DNA of 64,000 nucleotides from an uncultured Acidimicrobiales bacterium. Its GTDB lineage: Bacteria; Actinomycetota; Acidimicrobiia; Acidimicrobiales; Bin134. A program made the translations under genes and the position numbers. Shown here piece by piece: positions 1 through 9,716 of the stretch (position 1 is its first letter; each line of letters opens with the position of its first letter). The stretch covers positions 575,316 to 639,315 of the forward strand of contig OX638350.1 in NCBI GenBank assembly GCA_951813325.1, given 5' to 3'. The notes under the pieces were generated by a model. The model was given only the letters and a program-made list of their open reading frames with translations. It did no database searches and was not told the DNA's origin.

Positions 1-2
1 GA

Positions 3-158
3 CTTGCCGCTGACAACGGGCTGCACCCGGGGATCCTGTTCGCTTTGCGCCAGGGTAAGCCAGAGGCGTATGCCTCCATTTGGTGGGACCTCAAGCCCGA
101 CGCCGATGTAGACGCTCCTGCCGTCGGTTGGGCCGCAAGGCAAGCCCCCAACTCCTGA
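3..158 (+). CDS. 3' end of an unidentified CDS that begins upstream of the window
   Basis: Open frame from nt 3 (...GILFALRQGKPEAYASIWWDLKPDADVDAPAVGW...) ending at TGA 156-158. Host-like codon usage. No domain recognised. Confidence 0.25.
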   Translation, partial: LAADNGLHPGILFALRQGKPEAYASIWWDLKPDADVDAPAVGWAARQAPNS

Positions 159-309
159 GTTCGGTAGCCGCCGCTCGCCACCTACCCGAAACAGCCGGCT
201 GTGGAACTTGAGCTGTGGGAGGAATGTGGGCCTTGTTGCTTATGTTCAAATCAAATTCAATAAATTACAAGATAGTTTCGCCTATACACGCTAATTCGGG
301 TGGTTGTTG

Positions 310-335
310 TCACTGGGGTTGGTATACTTGCATGT
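310..335 (+). promoter_or_regulatory. putative extended -10 promoter giving a leaderless DUF222/HNH transcript
   Basis: TGGTATACT (TATACT at 323-328) lies 7 nt before ATG 336. The 26-nt block is 21/26 identical to 45391-45416 in front of the paralogue. It sits in a local AT-rich patch. Confidence 0.4.
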
Positions 336-1643
336 ATGGAGTTTGAGCCCCTTGATGAGGGGAAACGGGTTGATTGCGAGCCTTCTGGGCCGGTGTGGCC
401 GGAGTCGGTCGACGTCGCTGGGCTGTCGTTGTGCGAGCTGCGGGCGCGGTTGGGGTTGATCAAAAGGGCCGAAGCTCGGCTGGCCGCGATGAAAACGGCC
501 GCGCTGGCTGCGTATTCGAGCCGGGGAGGCGAGGGCTTGGCCCGGCGGGTGGTGCTGGAAGAGCTTCAGTCCTCCAAGCAACAAGCCCGCCGGGAGGTGG
601 AGACCGCCTCTCAGCTCTCGCGGGTTCCCGAGACCCTCGACGCGCTGGGCGCCGGGGAGATTCCCGCGGCCCACGCCGCCCAGATCGCCAAGGCCGCTTC
701 TGAGGGGCCAGTCGACGAGACCGTGCTGGTGGAGGCGGCCCGGCGCGAAGACTTCGGCACCTTCTCCCGCACGTTGCGCGACCACCAACATGAGCAGTCG
801 GGCGACGACGGGAAGTCGCTGATGGCCAAGCAGCGGGAGCGCCGCTCGATGAGCTTTTTCAAGTCTTCTGACGACGGCATGTTCGTTTTGAACGGGCGGT
901 TCGACCCGGTCGCGGGGAACCGCATGGAGGCCGCGCTGGCCGCTGAGGTGCGCCGCCTGCGCAACGAAGGCAAACCCGGCGACCAGACCGCGTTCGACCA
1001 GCAGATGGCCGACGCCTTGGAGAATCTGGTCTGCGCCGACACCAAAGACCGCAAACCCCAGGGCACCACCCTGGTGTTGACCGCCGACTGGGACGCGGTC
1101 AACCAGAAGCTGGCCGGCGCCCGCCTGCTCGACGGCACGCCTCTGCCGGTGTCTGAGGCTCTGCGGCTGGCCTGCAACGCCGACATCGTGCCCTCGGTAT
1201 TCGACACCAAGAACCAGGAACTGTGGGTGGGGCGCAAACACCGCTCGGCCACCGAAGCCCAGCGGGCCGCGCTCATCATCCGCGACAAGCACTGCATCGG
1301 CTGCGGACGATCGGCGGTATGGTGCGAAGCCCACCACATCGACGAATGGCTCAGGGGCGGACGCACCGACATCGACAACCTGGTGCTGGTCTGCAAAAGC
1401 TGCCACCACAACATCCACGACGACGGTTGGACAGTCCACCGAAACCGAAACGGCGCCTACGAACTCAGACCACCGCCTTCGCCCTACGCCGGTCTCCCGC
1501 CTGGGCAGGCACGCTCAGGGCCACCACTCGCAAAATCGCAATCCAGGTCCGGTGCCCTTGCCGACGCCATTCCCGACGCCTTCCCCGAAATTGGCATCAC
1601 CAACTGGCAGCCCGAAAGTTCCAGACAGCTGCTGTTGAGCTGA
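336..1643 (+). CDS. DUF222 / HNH endonuclease family protein (REP13E12-like)
   Basis: C-terminal HNH motif HCIGCGRSAVWCEAHHIDEW...NLVLVCKSCHHNIH. The N-terminal helical region is typical of actinobacterial DUF222 proteins. Paralogue at 45417-46670. Start chosen at MEFEPLDEG by comparison with the paralogue (MEFRLNPS). Confidence 0.85.
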   Translation: MEFEPLDEGKRVDCEPSGPVWPESVDVAGLSLCELRARLGLIKRAEARLAAMKTAALAAYSSRGGEGLARRVVLEELQSSKQQARREVETASQLSRVPETLDALGAGEIPAAHAAQIAKAASEGPVDETVLVEAARREDFGTFSRTLRDHQHEQSGDDGKSLMAKQRERRSMSFFKSSDDGMFVLNGRFDPVAGNRMEAALAAEVRRLRNEGKPGDQTAFDQQMADALENLVCADTKDRKPQGTTLVLTADWDAVNQKLAGARLLDGTPLPVSEALRLACNADIVPSVFDTKNQELWVGRKHRSATEAQRAALIIRDKHCIGCGRSAVWCEAHHIDEWLRGGRTDIDNLVLVCKSCHHNIHDDGWTVHRNRNGAYELRPPPSPYAGLPPGQARSGPPLAKSQSRSGALADAIPDAFPEIGITNWQPESSRQLLLS

Positions 1644-1812
1644 TGCAGTGTTGGAATGCCGCCTGGCGGTATTGATCCCGCTGTCAGCGCCAAACTCTTG
1701 CCGTTTGAGCTGATGCTGCGCTGGGGTGGGGCCTGGTGGCTGAAGTCGTTGCTGCCTGATTATGCCAACTTCGGGATTGGCTACGCTGTGGTTTGATGAG
1801 AGGGATGAGCGG

Positions 1813-2295
1813 ATGATCACCGGGATGAACCATGCGGTGCTGTATGTGCGGGACGCCCGCCGCCAGCAGCAGTTCTATGCCGACGTGCTGGGGTTCGAGA
1901 CCATCATCGACGAGCCGGGGCAGTTCGTGTTCATGCGGGCGCCCGCATCGGAGAACCACCACGACATCGCCTTTTTCTCCATAGGCGATGGGGCCGAGCC
2001 GTCGGCGGCTGGCCGACGATCAGTGGGGATGTACCACATCGCTTGGGAGGTTCCCACCCTCGACGAGCTGGCCGCCATCCGCCAACAGTTGGTAGAGGCC
2101 GGTGCTTTGTACGGCGAGAGCGACCACGGGGCCAACAAGAGCCTGTACGCCAAAGACCCCGACGGCTTGGAGTTCGAGGTGATGTGGCTGGTGCCGGCCG
2201 AACACTGGGGTGACGAGGAGAATCAAGCCATCATCCGGCCCTTAGATCTCACCCAGGAGCAGCAGCGGTTTGCCGCTTTCGCGGCGGACGACTAG
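1813..2295 (+). CDS. VOC (glyoxalase/bleomycin resistance/extradiol dioxygenase) family protein
   Basis: MNHAVLYVRDARRQQQFYADVLGFE..., HHDIAFF, YHIAWEV and DPDGLEFEV are typical VOC beta-alpha-beta-beta-beta modules. Start at 1813 or 1825. Confidence 0.8.
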   Translation: MITGMNHAVLYVRDARRQQQFYADVLGFETIIDEPGQFVFMRAPASENHHDIAFFSIGDGAEPSAAGRRSVGMYHIAWEVPTLDELAAIRQQLVEAGALYGESDHGANKSLYAKDPDGLEFEVMWLVPAEHWGDEENQAIIRPLDLTQEQQRFAAFAADD

Positions 2296-2309
2296 TCAAG
2301 GCCATCGCC

Positions 2310-2693
2310 ATGAACCTCACCAACCAGTACTGCTATTTCTACGACGACGACCTGTTCGTCGACACCGATCGGGAAGGCTTTCGCCGTCGGGTCATCACCG
2401 GCGACGGGCTCCAGCTCTGTTTTTGGCGCATCACCGGCGGGGTCACCGGATCGTTCCTGCATCGTCATGAAGACCACGAGCAACTCGGCGTCATCGTGCG
2501 AGGCAAGCTCGATTTCCGCATCAATGACGACCCCGACAGCGAGAAGCGGGTGGTTTTGGGCGAGGGTGAGGCCTACATCGCGCCGAAAGGGGTATGGCAC
2601 GGCGACTCGGTGTTCATCGGCGACGACGAGTACGGGGAGTGCTGGATCCTCGACGTGTTCACCCCGCCCCGCGACGATCTGATCGCGGGCTAG
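2310..2693 (+). CDS. cupin domain protein
   Basis: The pattern HRHEDHEQLGVIVRGKL...GEAYIAPKGVWHG matches the cupin motif 1/2 spacing. 127 aa. Confidence 0.7.
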   Translation: MNLTNQYCYFYDDDLFVDTDREGFRRRVITGDGLQLCFWRITGGVTGSFLHRHEDHEQLGVIVRGKLDFRINDDPDSEKRVVLGEGEAYIAPKGVWHGDSVFIGDDEYGECWILDVFTPPRDDLIAG

Positions 2694-2822
2694 GCCATGT
2701 CCGACCGCCTCTCACCGCTGGATGAGTCCTAGGCCATGTCCGACCGCCTCTCACCGCTGGATGAGTCCTAGGCCATGTCCGACCGCCTCTCACCGCTGGA
2801 TGAGTCCTAGGCCATGTCCGAC
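2691..2822 (+). repeat. 39-bp perfect tandem repeat, 3 full units plus 15 nt, spanning the cupin stop and the hyuA start
   Basis: TAGGCCATGTCCGAC occurs at 2691, 2730, 2769 and 2808. The copies are separated by three identical 24-mers CGCCTCTCACCGCTGGATGAGTCC. Each unit encodes ATG-(MSDRLSPLDES)-TAG. Confidence 0.95.
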
Positions 2823-4922
2823 TGGCGGCTTGCGGTTGACATAGGGGGCACGTTTACCGACGCGGTGCTGCTTGACGCCGTCACCGGAGCAGTAACGGTC
2901 AACAAGGCACTTACTACTCCGGCCGCTCCTCTTGCGGGGGTGCAAGCTGCGGTCGGCCAACTCTTGAGCCGGGCCGGAGTGGCCCCCGGCGAGATAACCG
3001 CGCCCATTGTCCACGCCACCACGCTCATCACCAACGCCCTCATTGAGAACAAGACCGGCTGCGCTGGCCTGGTCACCACCACCGGTTTCGGGGACACCCT
3101 GCTGATCCGCGACGAGCACCGCTATGACATGTACGACCTCCAGATCGAGTTTCCCGATCCGCCCATCGGCCGTGAGCTCACCTTTGAGGTCGACGAGCGC
3201 ACCGCGGCCACCGGCGAAGTGCTGGCGGCGCCGTCAGCGGCGGCCATCGCCTCGCTGGTCGGAGAACTGGCCGAGGCCCGCGTTGAGTCGGTGGCAGTGT
3301 GCTTGCTCAACTCTTACGTCAACCCGGCCAACGAGCGGCTGCTGGCCGAAGAACTGCGTCGAGAACTGGGGGTGCCGGTGTGTGCCTCGGCCGACATCTC
3401 GCCCCAGATCCGGGAGTACCCCCGCATGATCACCGCGGCCTGCAATGCGGCCACCATGCCGATCATCGGGCCGTATCTGGACGAGCTTCAGAAGTGGCTT
3501 TCGGCCGAGGGGTTCGGCGGGTCGGTGCTGATGATGCTGTCCAACGGCGGGGTGGTATCGGCCGACGATGCGGCCGCCGCCCCGATCCGGCTGGTGGAGT
3601 CAGGTCCAGCCGCCGGCGCCCTGGCCGCCCGGTGGTTTGCCCGCCGCATGGGAGAAGACCGGCTGCTGGCCTTCGACATGGGCGGGACAACCGCCAAGGC
3701 CACCCTGGTGGAAGACGGGGAGCCCGCGCTGACTACCACCTTCGAGGTAGCCCGGCGATACCGGTTCAAGAAAGGTTCGGGCTTTCCGGTGTCGGTCCCG
3801 TCGGTGGATTTGGTGGAGATCGGCGCCGGGGGCGGCAGCCTGGCCCACCTCGACCAGTTCGGTCTGCTCAAGGTGGGTCCCGAATCGTCCGGGGCCGATC
3901 CCGGTCCGGCCTGCTACGCCCAGGGAGGCGACCAGCCCGCGGTGACCGACGCCGATGTGGTGCTCGGGCTTTTGGACCCCGATGCCTTTCTGGGTGGCGA
4001 TATGCCCCTGGACGCAGGTCGGGCCGAGGCTGCTGTTGCCCCGTTGGCCGACGGCCTCGGCCTCTCGGTCACGGATACCGCTGCGGGCATGTACGAGGTG
4101 GTCAGCCAGAACATGGCGGCCGCCGCCCGCATGCACGCGGTGGAGCGGGGGGTGGATTTGCGGGGGGTCACCGTGCTGGCCTTCGGTGGGGCGGGGCCGC
4201 CCCATGCCTGCCGGGTGGCCGAGCTGTTGGACTCGGATCGGGTGGTCTTCCCGGTGAACGCCAGTGTGCTGTCAGCCTTCGGGACCTTGGTGTCGCCGGT
4301 GCGGATCGACCTGGCCCGCTCCATGCCGGTGATGCTGGCCGAAGCGGAAACCGCCGAGCGCGACCGTTTGCTGGATGAGCTGCGGGAGGAGGGCCGCCGG
4401 GTGCTGCTCAGTGCGGGCGTGCCAGAGCCGGACATCAGCTTCCGCTACGGCATCGACGCCCGCTACATCGGCCAGGGAAACGAGATCACCATCTGGGTGG
4501 GCGAAGGGGATTCCTGGGCAGTCACCGACGACGAAGTGGTCGGCGAATTTGAGGCCGAATACCGGCGTATCTACGGCATGACCATCGACGATGTGGCCAT
4601 CGAGGTGGTCACATGGCGCCTGTCAGCCCGAGCCGATCCGGCTGGGATTGCCGAAATAGACGCCGAGGAGCCGCCAACCGCAGCCGACAGCGCATTCCAG
4701 CCGGCTTCGACCCGGACTGCGGTGTTCGGCCGAGAGCAGGATGCCGTGGAGGTCCCGGTCTACCGCCGCGGCGATCTGGCTATCGGAGCGAGCTTTCCCG
4801 GACCTGCTCTCGTGGAAGAGCGTGAAACCACGTCGATCATCCGACCCGGTTGGCATGCGACGGTTTCTTACGACGCTTGTCTCGTCGCCGTTCGTGATCA
4901 AAGACCGAGGCCCATTCAATGA
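2814..4922 (+). CDS. hyuA: hydantoinase/oxoprolinase A-type subunit (ATP-dependent hydantoinase / acetone carboxylase beta family)
   Basis: N-terminus LAVDIGGTFTDAVL, second sugar-kinase-like motif AFDMGGTTAKATL, about 700 aa. ATGA overlap with the B subunit. Confidence 0.9.
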   Translation: MSDWRLAVDIGGTFTDAVLLDAVTGAVTVNKALTTPAAPLAGVQAAVGQLLSRAGVAPGEITAPIVHATTLITNALIENKTGCAGLVTTTGFGDTLLIRDEHRYDMYDLQIEFPDPPIGRELTFEVDERTAATGEVLAAPSAAAIASLVGELAEARVESVAVCLLNSYVNPANERLLAEELRRELGVPVCASADISPQIREYPRMITAACNAATMPIIGPYLDELQKWLSAEGFGGSVLMMLSNGGVVSADDAAAAPIRLVESGPAAGALAARWFARRMGEDRLLAFDMGGTTAKATLVEDGEPALTTTFEVARRYRFKKGSGFPVSVPSVDLVEIGAGGGSLAHLDQFGLLKVGPESSGADPGPACYAQGGDQPAVTDADVVLGLLDPDAFLGGDMPLDAGRAEAAVAPLADGLGLSVTDTAAGMYEVVSQNMAAAARMHAVERGVDLRGVTVLAFGGAGPPHACRVAELLDSDRVVFPVNASVLSAFGTLVSPVRIDLARSMPVMLAEAETAERDRLLDELREEGRRVLLSAGVPEPDISFRYGIDARYIGQGNEITIWVGEGDSWAVTDDEVVGEFEAEYRRIYGMTIDDVAIEVVTWRLSARADPAGIAEIDAEEPPTAADSAFQPASTRTAVFGREQDAVEVPVYRRGDLAIGASFPGPALVEERETTSIIRPGWHATVSYDACLVAVRDQRPRPIQ

Positions 4923-6568
4923 CCTCAACCAGGAGCCAGAGCACTTCAATGAGCAACATGAATACCAGCCGAGAAGGCACCTCCGCCTATGACCTTATTC
5001 AACTGGAGATCCTGTGGCAGTCGCTTATATCGGTGGTGAACGAGCAGGCTCGGGCGCTCCAGCGGGCCGCGTTCAGCCCCATTGTGCGCGAGGCCGGTGA
5101 CCTGGCCAACGCAGTGTTCGACAAGCGGGGGCGCATGGTGGCCCAAGCGGTGACCGGCACGCCCGGCCACATCAACTCGCTGGCCATTGGGGCGGCCAAC
5201 ATGCTGGAGGAGTTCCCCCCCGACGCCCTTGAGCCCGGCGATGTGTTGATCACCAACGATCCCTATCTCACCGCGGGCCAGCTGCTGGACGTGACCGTGC
5301 TGGTTCCGGTGTGGCGCACTCCGGCCGCCGGGGGCGACCCGGTGCCTATCGCTTACTTCGGCTCCACCATCCACCACACCGATGTGGGGGGCTACGGCAT
5401 TGGCGCCGGGGCCCGGGACTGCTTCGAAGAGGGCCTGTGGATCCCCATCTGCAAGCTCATGCGGGGCGGCGAGCGCAACGAGGATGTGTGGAAGTTCATC
5501 CTGTCCAATGTCCGCCAGCCCGATCACATGGCCGGCGACCTGCACGCCCAGATGGCGTCGGGAGAAGTGGGGGCCCAGCGCCTGGCCTCCCTGTGCGACG
5601 CCTACGATCTCGATGACATCGAGGCGCTGTCCGATGAGATCATCGAACGCTCTGAGGCGGCCACCCGGGCCAGCATCGCCGAACTGCCCGCGGGGGAGTA
5701 CCACGCCGACGCCGTGCTCGACCTGGCCGACGGCAGCCGCATCGACATCGTGTGCTTCCTGCGGGTGGACCCCGATGCCGGGGAGATCCTGGTGGACTAC
5801 TCGGGCACTTCCGAGGCCAGCCCGTGGGGCATCAACGTGGTTCGCAACTACACCCACGCCTACACCACGTTCACCGTCCGCTCGGTGCTCAACCCCGAGA
5901 TCCCCAACAACCACGGCAGCCTGGCCCCAATCAAGATGACCGCGCCCGAGGGGTCGATCGTGAACGCGGTGTGTCCCCAACCGGGCACTGCCCGCCACGT
6001 GGTCGGCATGTTCTTGCCCAACGCCCTGCTCAAGGCCCTGGCCCAGGTCAAAGCGGAGGAATCTATGGCCGAAGGTGCGGGCGCAGTCTGGACTATGCAG
6101 GTGAGTGGCAACCACGACGACGGCACCCCGTTCATCACCGCCATGTTCACCTACGCCGGAGGGGTGGGAGCACGGGCGTCCAAGCCGGGCTTGGACGCCT
6201 GCTCCTATCCAACAGGAGTGAGCGCGGTGCCCATCGAGGTGGTGGAGGCATCGGCGCCGGTGCGCTTCACCCGCAAGGCGCTGCGGCCCGGATCTGAAGG
6301 CCCTGGTGCCCAGCCCGGCGGCAAGGGCCAGACCATCGAGTTCAGCGTGGACACCACCCGACCTTGGCTGCTCAATGCGGTCACCAGCCGCCTGTCCGAC
6401 CCACCCCAGGGCATCTTCGGCGGAGGCCCTGGCCAGGCGGGCTCGTTCCAGGTGAACGGCGAGCCGGTCACCACCCAGAGCCGCATCACCCTCGACCCCG
6501 ATGACGTCGTGCGCCTCGATCTGCCCGGCGGCGGAGGCTACGGGGCACCCGATGAGTCCGACGGCTGA
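4919..6568 (+). CDS. hyuB: hydantoinase B/oxoprolinase family subunit
   Basis: LEILWQSLISVVNEQARALQRAAFSPIVREAGDLANAVFD, NDPYLTAGQLLD and HTDVGG are hallmarks of the hydantoinase_B family. Translationally coupled to hyuA. Confidence 0.9.
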   Translation: MTSTRSQSTSMSNMNTSREGTSAYDLIQLEILWQSLISVVNEQARALQRAAFSPIVREAGDLANAVFDKRGRMVAQAVTGTPGHINSLAIGAANMLEEFPPDALEPGDVLITNDPYLTAGQLLDVTVLVPVWRTPAAGGDPVPIAYFGSTIHHTDVGGYGIGAGARDCFEEGLWIPICKLMRGGERNEDVWKFILSNVRQPDHMAGDLHAQMASGEVGAQRLASLCDAYDLDDIEALSDEIIERSEAATRASIAELPAGEYHADAVLDLADGSRIDIVCFLRVDPDAGEILVDYSGTSEASPWGINVVRNYTHAYTTFTVRSVLNPEIPNNHGSLAPIKMTAPEGSIVNAVCPQPGTARHVVGMFLPNALLKALAQVKAEESMAEGAGAVWTMQVSGNHDDGTPFITAMFTYAGGVGARASKPGLDACSYPTGVSAVPIEVVEASAPVRFTRKALRPGSEGPGAQPGGKGQTIEFSVDTTRPWLLNAVTSRLSDPPQGIFGGGPGQAGSFQVNGEPVTTQSRITLDPDDVVRLDLPGGGGYGAPDESDG

Positions 6569-8093
6569 CCAGTCTCAGAACAGCTTGCTGCCCACGGCGT
6601 TTACCGAAGTATGGACTCGGGCGGTCGACCAACGGCCCGATTCGATGTTCTTGGTGTTCGAGCGGCCCGACGGCACCGTCGCCACCTGGACGTACGAGCA
6701 GTTCGACGCGGCCATCGCCGAAGTGGCCGCCGGCTTGATCCAGCGGGGTGTCACCCCCGGCAGCTCGATGCACCTGGCGCTGACGAACACTCCGGCGTTT
6801 TTGGCCCTGTGGCTGGCCGCCAACCGCCTGGGAGCGTGGATCGTGCCGTCCGACCCCATGGGCAAAGCACCGGAGCTGGCCGACCACATCGAGCGGACTC
6901 GGCCGCAAGCCGGCTTCTGCGCCGCCGACCGGGCTGGGGTCTACCGCCAGGCCGCTGCGGTCAGCCCTGATCTGGCCATCACCGAGGTGGACGAGGCCAG
7001 CGGCAGCCTGGATGCACTCGGCGGGAACGCCCGAGTGGACTGGCCTGCGGTTGGCCCGCGAGACCGGGCCGCGGTGATGTTCACCTCGGGTACCACCGGA
7101 CGGCCCAAGGGGGTGGAGGTCACCCAGGCCAACTATGCCTTCTGCGGCCAGGTCATGGCCACCCGCGCCGGGCTGTCCCCTGACGACCGCCAACTGGTGG
7201 TGCTGCCCCTGTTCCACGCCAACGCCCAGTACTACTCGTTCGCCTCGGCCATCTGGGCGGGGGCCTCGGTAGCACTGATGCCCGTCTTCTCAGCCAGCGG
7301 CTTCCTTCCCCAAGCCGCCCGCTACCGGGCCACCTGCGCCAGCCTGTTCGCCGCCCCGATGCGGATGATCCTGGCTCGGGGTTCTCCCACCGGCGGCGTG
7401 GCCCTGCGCCACTGCTGGTATGCCCAGAACATCGCCGACGACCAGTACGAAACCCTGGCCCAATGGTTCAGGTGCCGGCCCCGCCAGCTCTACGGCATGA
7501 CCGAGACCATTCCCGCAGTGCTCACCGAGCCCGCCGAAAACCCTGTGCCGTCGTCCATGGGCCAAGTCACCCCCGGCTGCCAGGTGATCGTGCGCGACAG
7601 CGAAGTGCTGGTGGGAGGAGAGCCCGGTGCGACGCTGTTCGCCGGATACCTGGACGATCCGGACACCACTGCCGCCTCATTCACATCCGACGGCTGGTTC
7701 CGCACCGGCGACCGAGCCCGCATCGACCCCGACGGCCGCCACTACTTCGACGGCCGCCGCTCCGATGTGCTCAAGGTGGCGGGGGAGAACGTCTCCATCG
7801 TCGAGGTGGAGTCGGTGTTGACCGCCCACCCCGCAGTGCTGGAAGCCGCGGTGGTGGGGGCTCCTGACCCGGTGCGCGATGAGGTGCCGGTGGCCTTCGT
7901 GGTGCCTGCCGACCAGGCCAACCCACCGGCGGCCGACGAGCTGGCGTCGTGGTGCCAGGAGCGTCTGGCCAAGGCCAAGCTGCCCCGCTCGTTTACTCTT
8001 ATGGACGAGCTGCCTCGTACCAGCGTCGGCAAGATCCGAAAATTCCTGCTACGACAAGAGGCGGAAGCCTCAAAGGAGGCGAGAGGGAGGTGA
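6552..8093 (+). CDS. AMP-dependent acyl-CoA synthetase/ligase
   Basis: AMP-binding motif FTSGTTGRPKGVEV, later YGMTE, GWFRTGD and C-terminal GKIRK. Start ATG 6552 overlaps the hyuB end. Confidence 0.85.
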   Translation: MSPTADQSQNSLLPTAFTEVWTRAVDQRPDSMFLVFERPDGTVATWTYEQFDAAIAEVAAGLIQRGVTPGSSMHLALTNTPAFLALWLAANRLGAWIVPSDPMGKAPELADHIERTRPQAGFCAADRAGVYRQAAAVSPDLAITEVDEASGSLDALGGNARVDWPAVGPRDRAAVMFTSGTTGRPKGVEVTQANYAFCGQVMATRAGLSPDDRQLVVLPLFHANAQYYSFASAIWAGASVALMPVFSASGFLPQAARYRATCASLFAAPMRMILARGSPTGGVALRHCWYAQNIADDQYETLAQWFRCRPRQLYGMTETIPAVLTEPAENPVPSSMGQVTPGCQVIVRDSEVLVGGEPGATLFAGYLDDPDTTAASFTSDGWFRTGDRARIDPDGRHYFDGRRSDVLKVAGENVSIVEVESVLTAHPAVLEAAVVGAPDPVRDEVPVAFVVPADQANPPAADELASWCQERLAKAKLPRSFTLMDELPRTSVGKIRKFLLRQEAEASKEARGR

Positions 8094-8097
8094 TGGC

Positions 8098-9270
8098 ATG
8101 ACCATGTTCACCGGCGAGCTTTTGGAATCGTTTGAGGATTCGGTCACCGACGTGGCCACTGCTTGCACGCTCCCCCCCGAGCTGTACACCTCTGAGGAGT
8201 TCTTGGCCTTCGAGCGCCGGGTGCTGTTCGAGCACGAATGGTGTTGTGTGGGGGTGGCCAGCCGCATACCCGAGAGGGGCGACTGGTTCACCGCCACGGT
8301 GAGCACCGAGCCCGTCATTGTGGCCCGCCAAAGGGACGGCTCCATTGGGGCGTTCTCGGCCATCTGCCGCCACCGCGGCATGCAGGTGGTGGAGGGGGAG
8401 GGCAACAGCCGCTCCTTCCGGTGCCCGTACCACCACTGGAGCTATCGGCTGGACGGCCGCTTGCTGGGGGCCCCGGCCATGGAGCGCACCGAGGGCTTCG
8501 ACAAGGACGACTGGGGTCTGCCCAATCTGGCAGTGGAGCAGTGGCGCGGGTTCATCTTCGTCAACTTCAACCCCGACGCCCCGCCGCTGGCTCCTTCTCT
8601 GGAGCGGTATGAGTCCTATTTGGCCAATTACGAGCTTGACGACTGCGTGTGTCCCGGCACCTTCACGCTTACCGACCTGCCCTGGAACTGGAAGGTCATG
8701 TTCGAGAACTTCAACGACGGCTATCACGCCAACCGTCTCCATCAGGTGATCCAGGACTTCTGCCCCTCAGAGATGGCCCGGTTCCCGGTGCCGTGGTCGG
8801 ACGACTCCAATGTGATCTTCCGGGAGAACGGCTACACCCACATCGACGGCGGGTTCAACGCCACCCGCAAGGCCCTGCTGCCGGTGTTCCCCAAGCTCAC
8901 CGAGGAGGAGCGGTGGCGGTCCACGTTCGCGCTGATCCCGCCCACCTTGTGCTTCGGCACCGCCCCCGACATGGCCTTCTTCTTCATTGTGCGGCCCACC
9001 TCGGCCGAGACCATCGACGTGGAGATCGGCTACCTGCTGCATGCTGCCTCGGTGGAGCACCCCATGTTCGACCACCTGTTCCAGGCCAGCGACGACGGCG
9101 TGCAGGTGTTCGTGGCCCAAGACCAGGACGCCACCACCAAGGTGCAGCGGGGCATGCGGTCGCGCTTTGCTGTGCGGGGCCGGTACTCCTGGCAGGAGGA
9201 AACCCACGTGCAGTTCAACCGCTGGTTGGTGCAGCGCTACCGCCGCCACTGGCCGGCGGGCTCAAAATAG
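8098..9270 (+). CDS. Rieske [2Fe-2S] non-haem iron oxygenase, alpha subunit only
   Basis: Rieske motif CRHRGMQVV...FRCPYHHW. Catalytic-domain residues NFNDGYHANRLH. No beta subunit or reductase gene adjacent. The upstream part of the tracked ORF is rejected (overlaps the ligase). Confidence 0.85.
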   Translation: MTMFTGELLESFEDSVTDVATACTLPPELYTSEEFLAFERRVLFEHEWCCVGVASRIPERGDWFTATVSTEPVIVARQRDGSIGAFSAICRHRGMQVVEGEGNSRSFRCPYHHWSYRLDGRLLGAPAMERTEGFDKDDWGLPNLAVEQWRGFIFVNFNPDAPPLAPSLERYESYLANYELDDCVCPGTFTLTDLPWNWKVMFENFNDGYHANRLHQVIQDFCPSEMARFPVPWSDDSNVIFRENGYTHIDGGFNATRKALLPVFPKLTEEERWRSTFALIPPTLCFGTAPDMAFFFIVRPTSAETIDVEIGYLLHAASVEHPMFDHLFQASDDGVQVFVAQDQDATTKVQRGMRSRFAVRGRYSWQEETHVQFNRWLVQRYRRHWPAGSK

Positions 9271-9285
9271 TCTGACGGGGCGTGA

Positions 9286-9531
9286 TTATTGCGAAGGCTG
9301 AGTCGGTGTCGAGGTGGCTTTGGCCCGGCCCTCAAGCCGACCCACTCGGTTGACCAAGTCCATGATCATTTCGGTCAGGTGGGCGAAACCCCTTTGCATT
9401 TCTTCTCGCAGCTGGGCATCGCCTTGATGCACTTCCTGTCGGAGCTGGGCGAGGTCGGCGCGTCGGCCTCGGTCGAGATAGAGCGTCAGAGTGATGACCA
9501 CCCCCAGCAGGGCGATTATGGCTTGGTCCAT
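9286..9531 (-). CDS. hypothetical small membrane-anchored coiled-coil protein
   Basis: MDQAIIALLGVVITLTLYL (one TM segment) followed by a charged helical segment. Only the last 81 codons of the tracked 157-aa ORF look protein-like. Confidence 0.3.
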   Translation of the reverse strand: MDQAIIALLGVVITLTLYLDRGRRADLAQLRQEVHQGDAQLREEMQRGFAHLTEMIMDLVNRVGRLEGRAKATSTPTQPSQ

Positions 9532-9716
9532 GAGGTTCTGCTCATATAGTCCGGGCGGATTGCTGGGGGAAGCTTGGGCCGAGTGTACCGCGCCGGGTGG
9601 AGTGTGCGGCAACGACCGCGGGGAGGGTGGGGATCGGCAAGACGAGCACGGGGCGGTGTGAGTAGGCTGCTGAGCGGTGGCTGGGCCGAAGGGTCCGACA
9701 TCTGAGGAGGGGAACA

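Noticed and set aside
2691-2822. Possible CRISPR-like repeat/spacer structure (15-mer repeats, 24-mer spacers)
   Set aside because: All three 'spacers' are identical, the unit is only 39 bp, and no cas genes are present. It is a simple tandem duplication.
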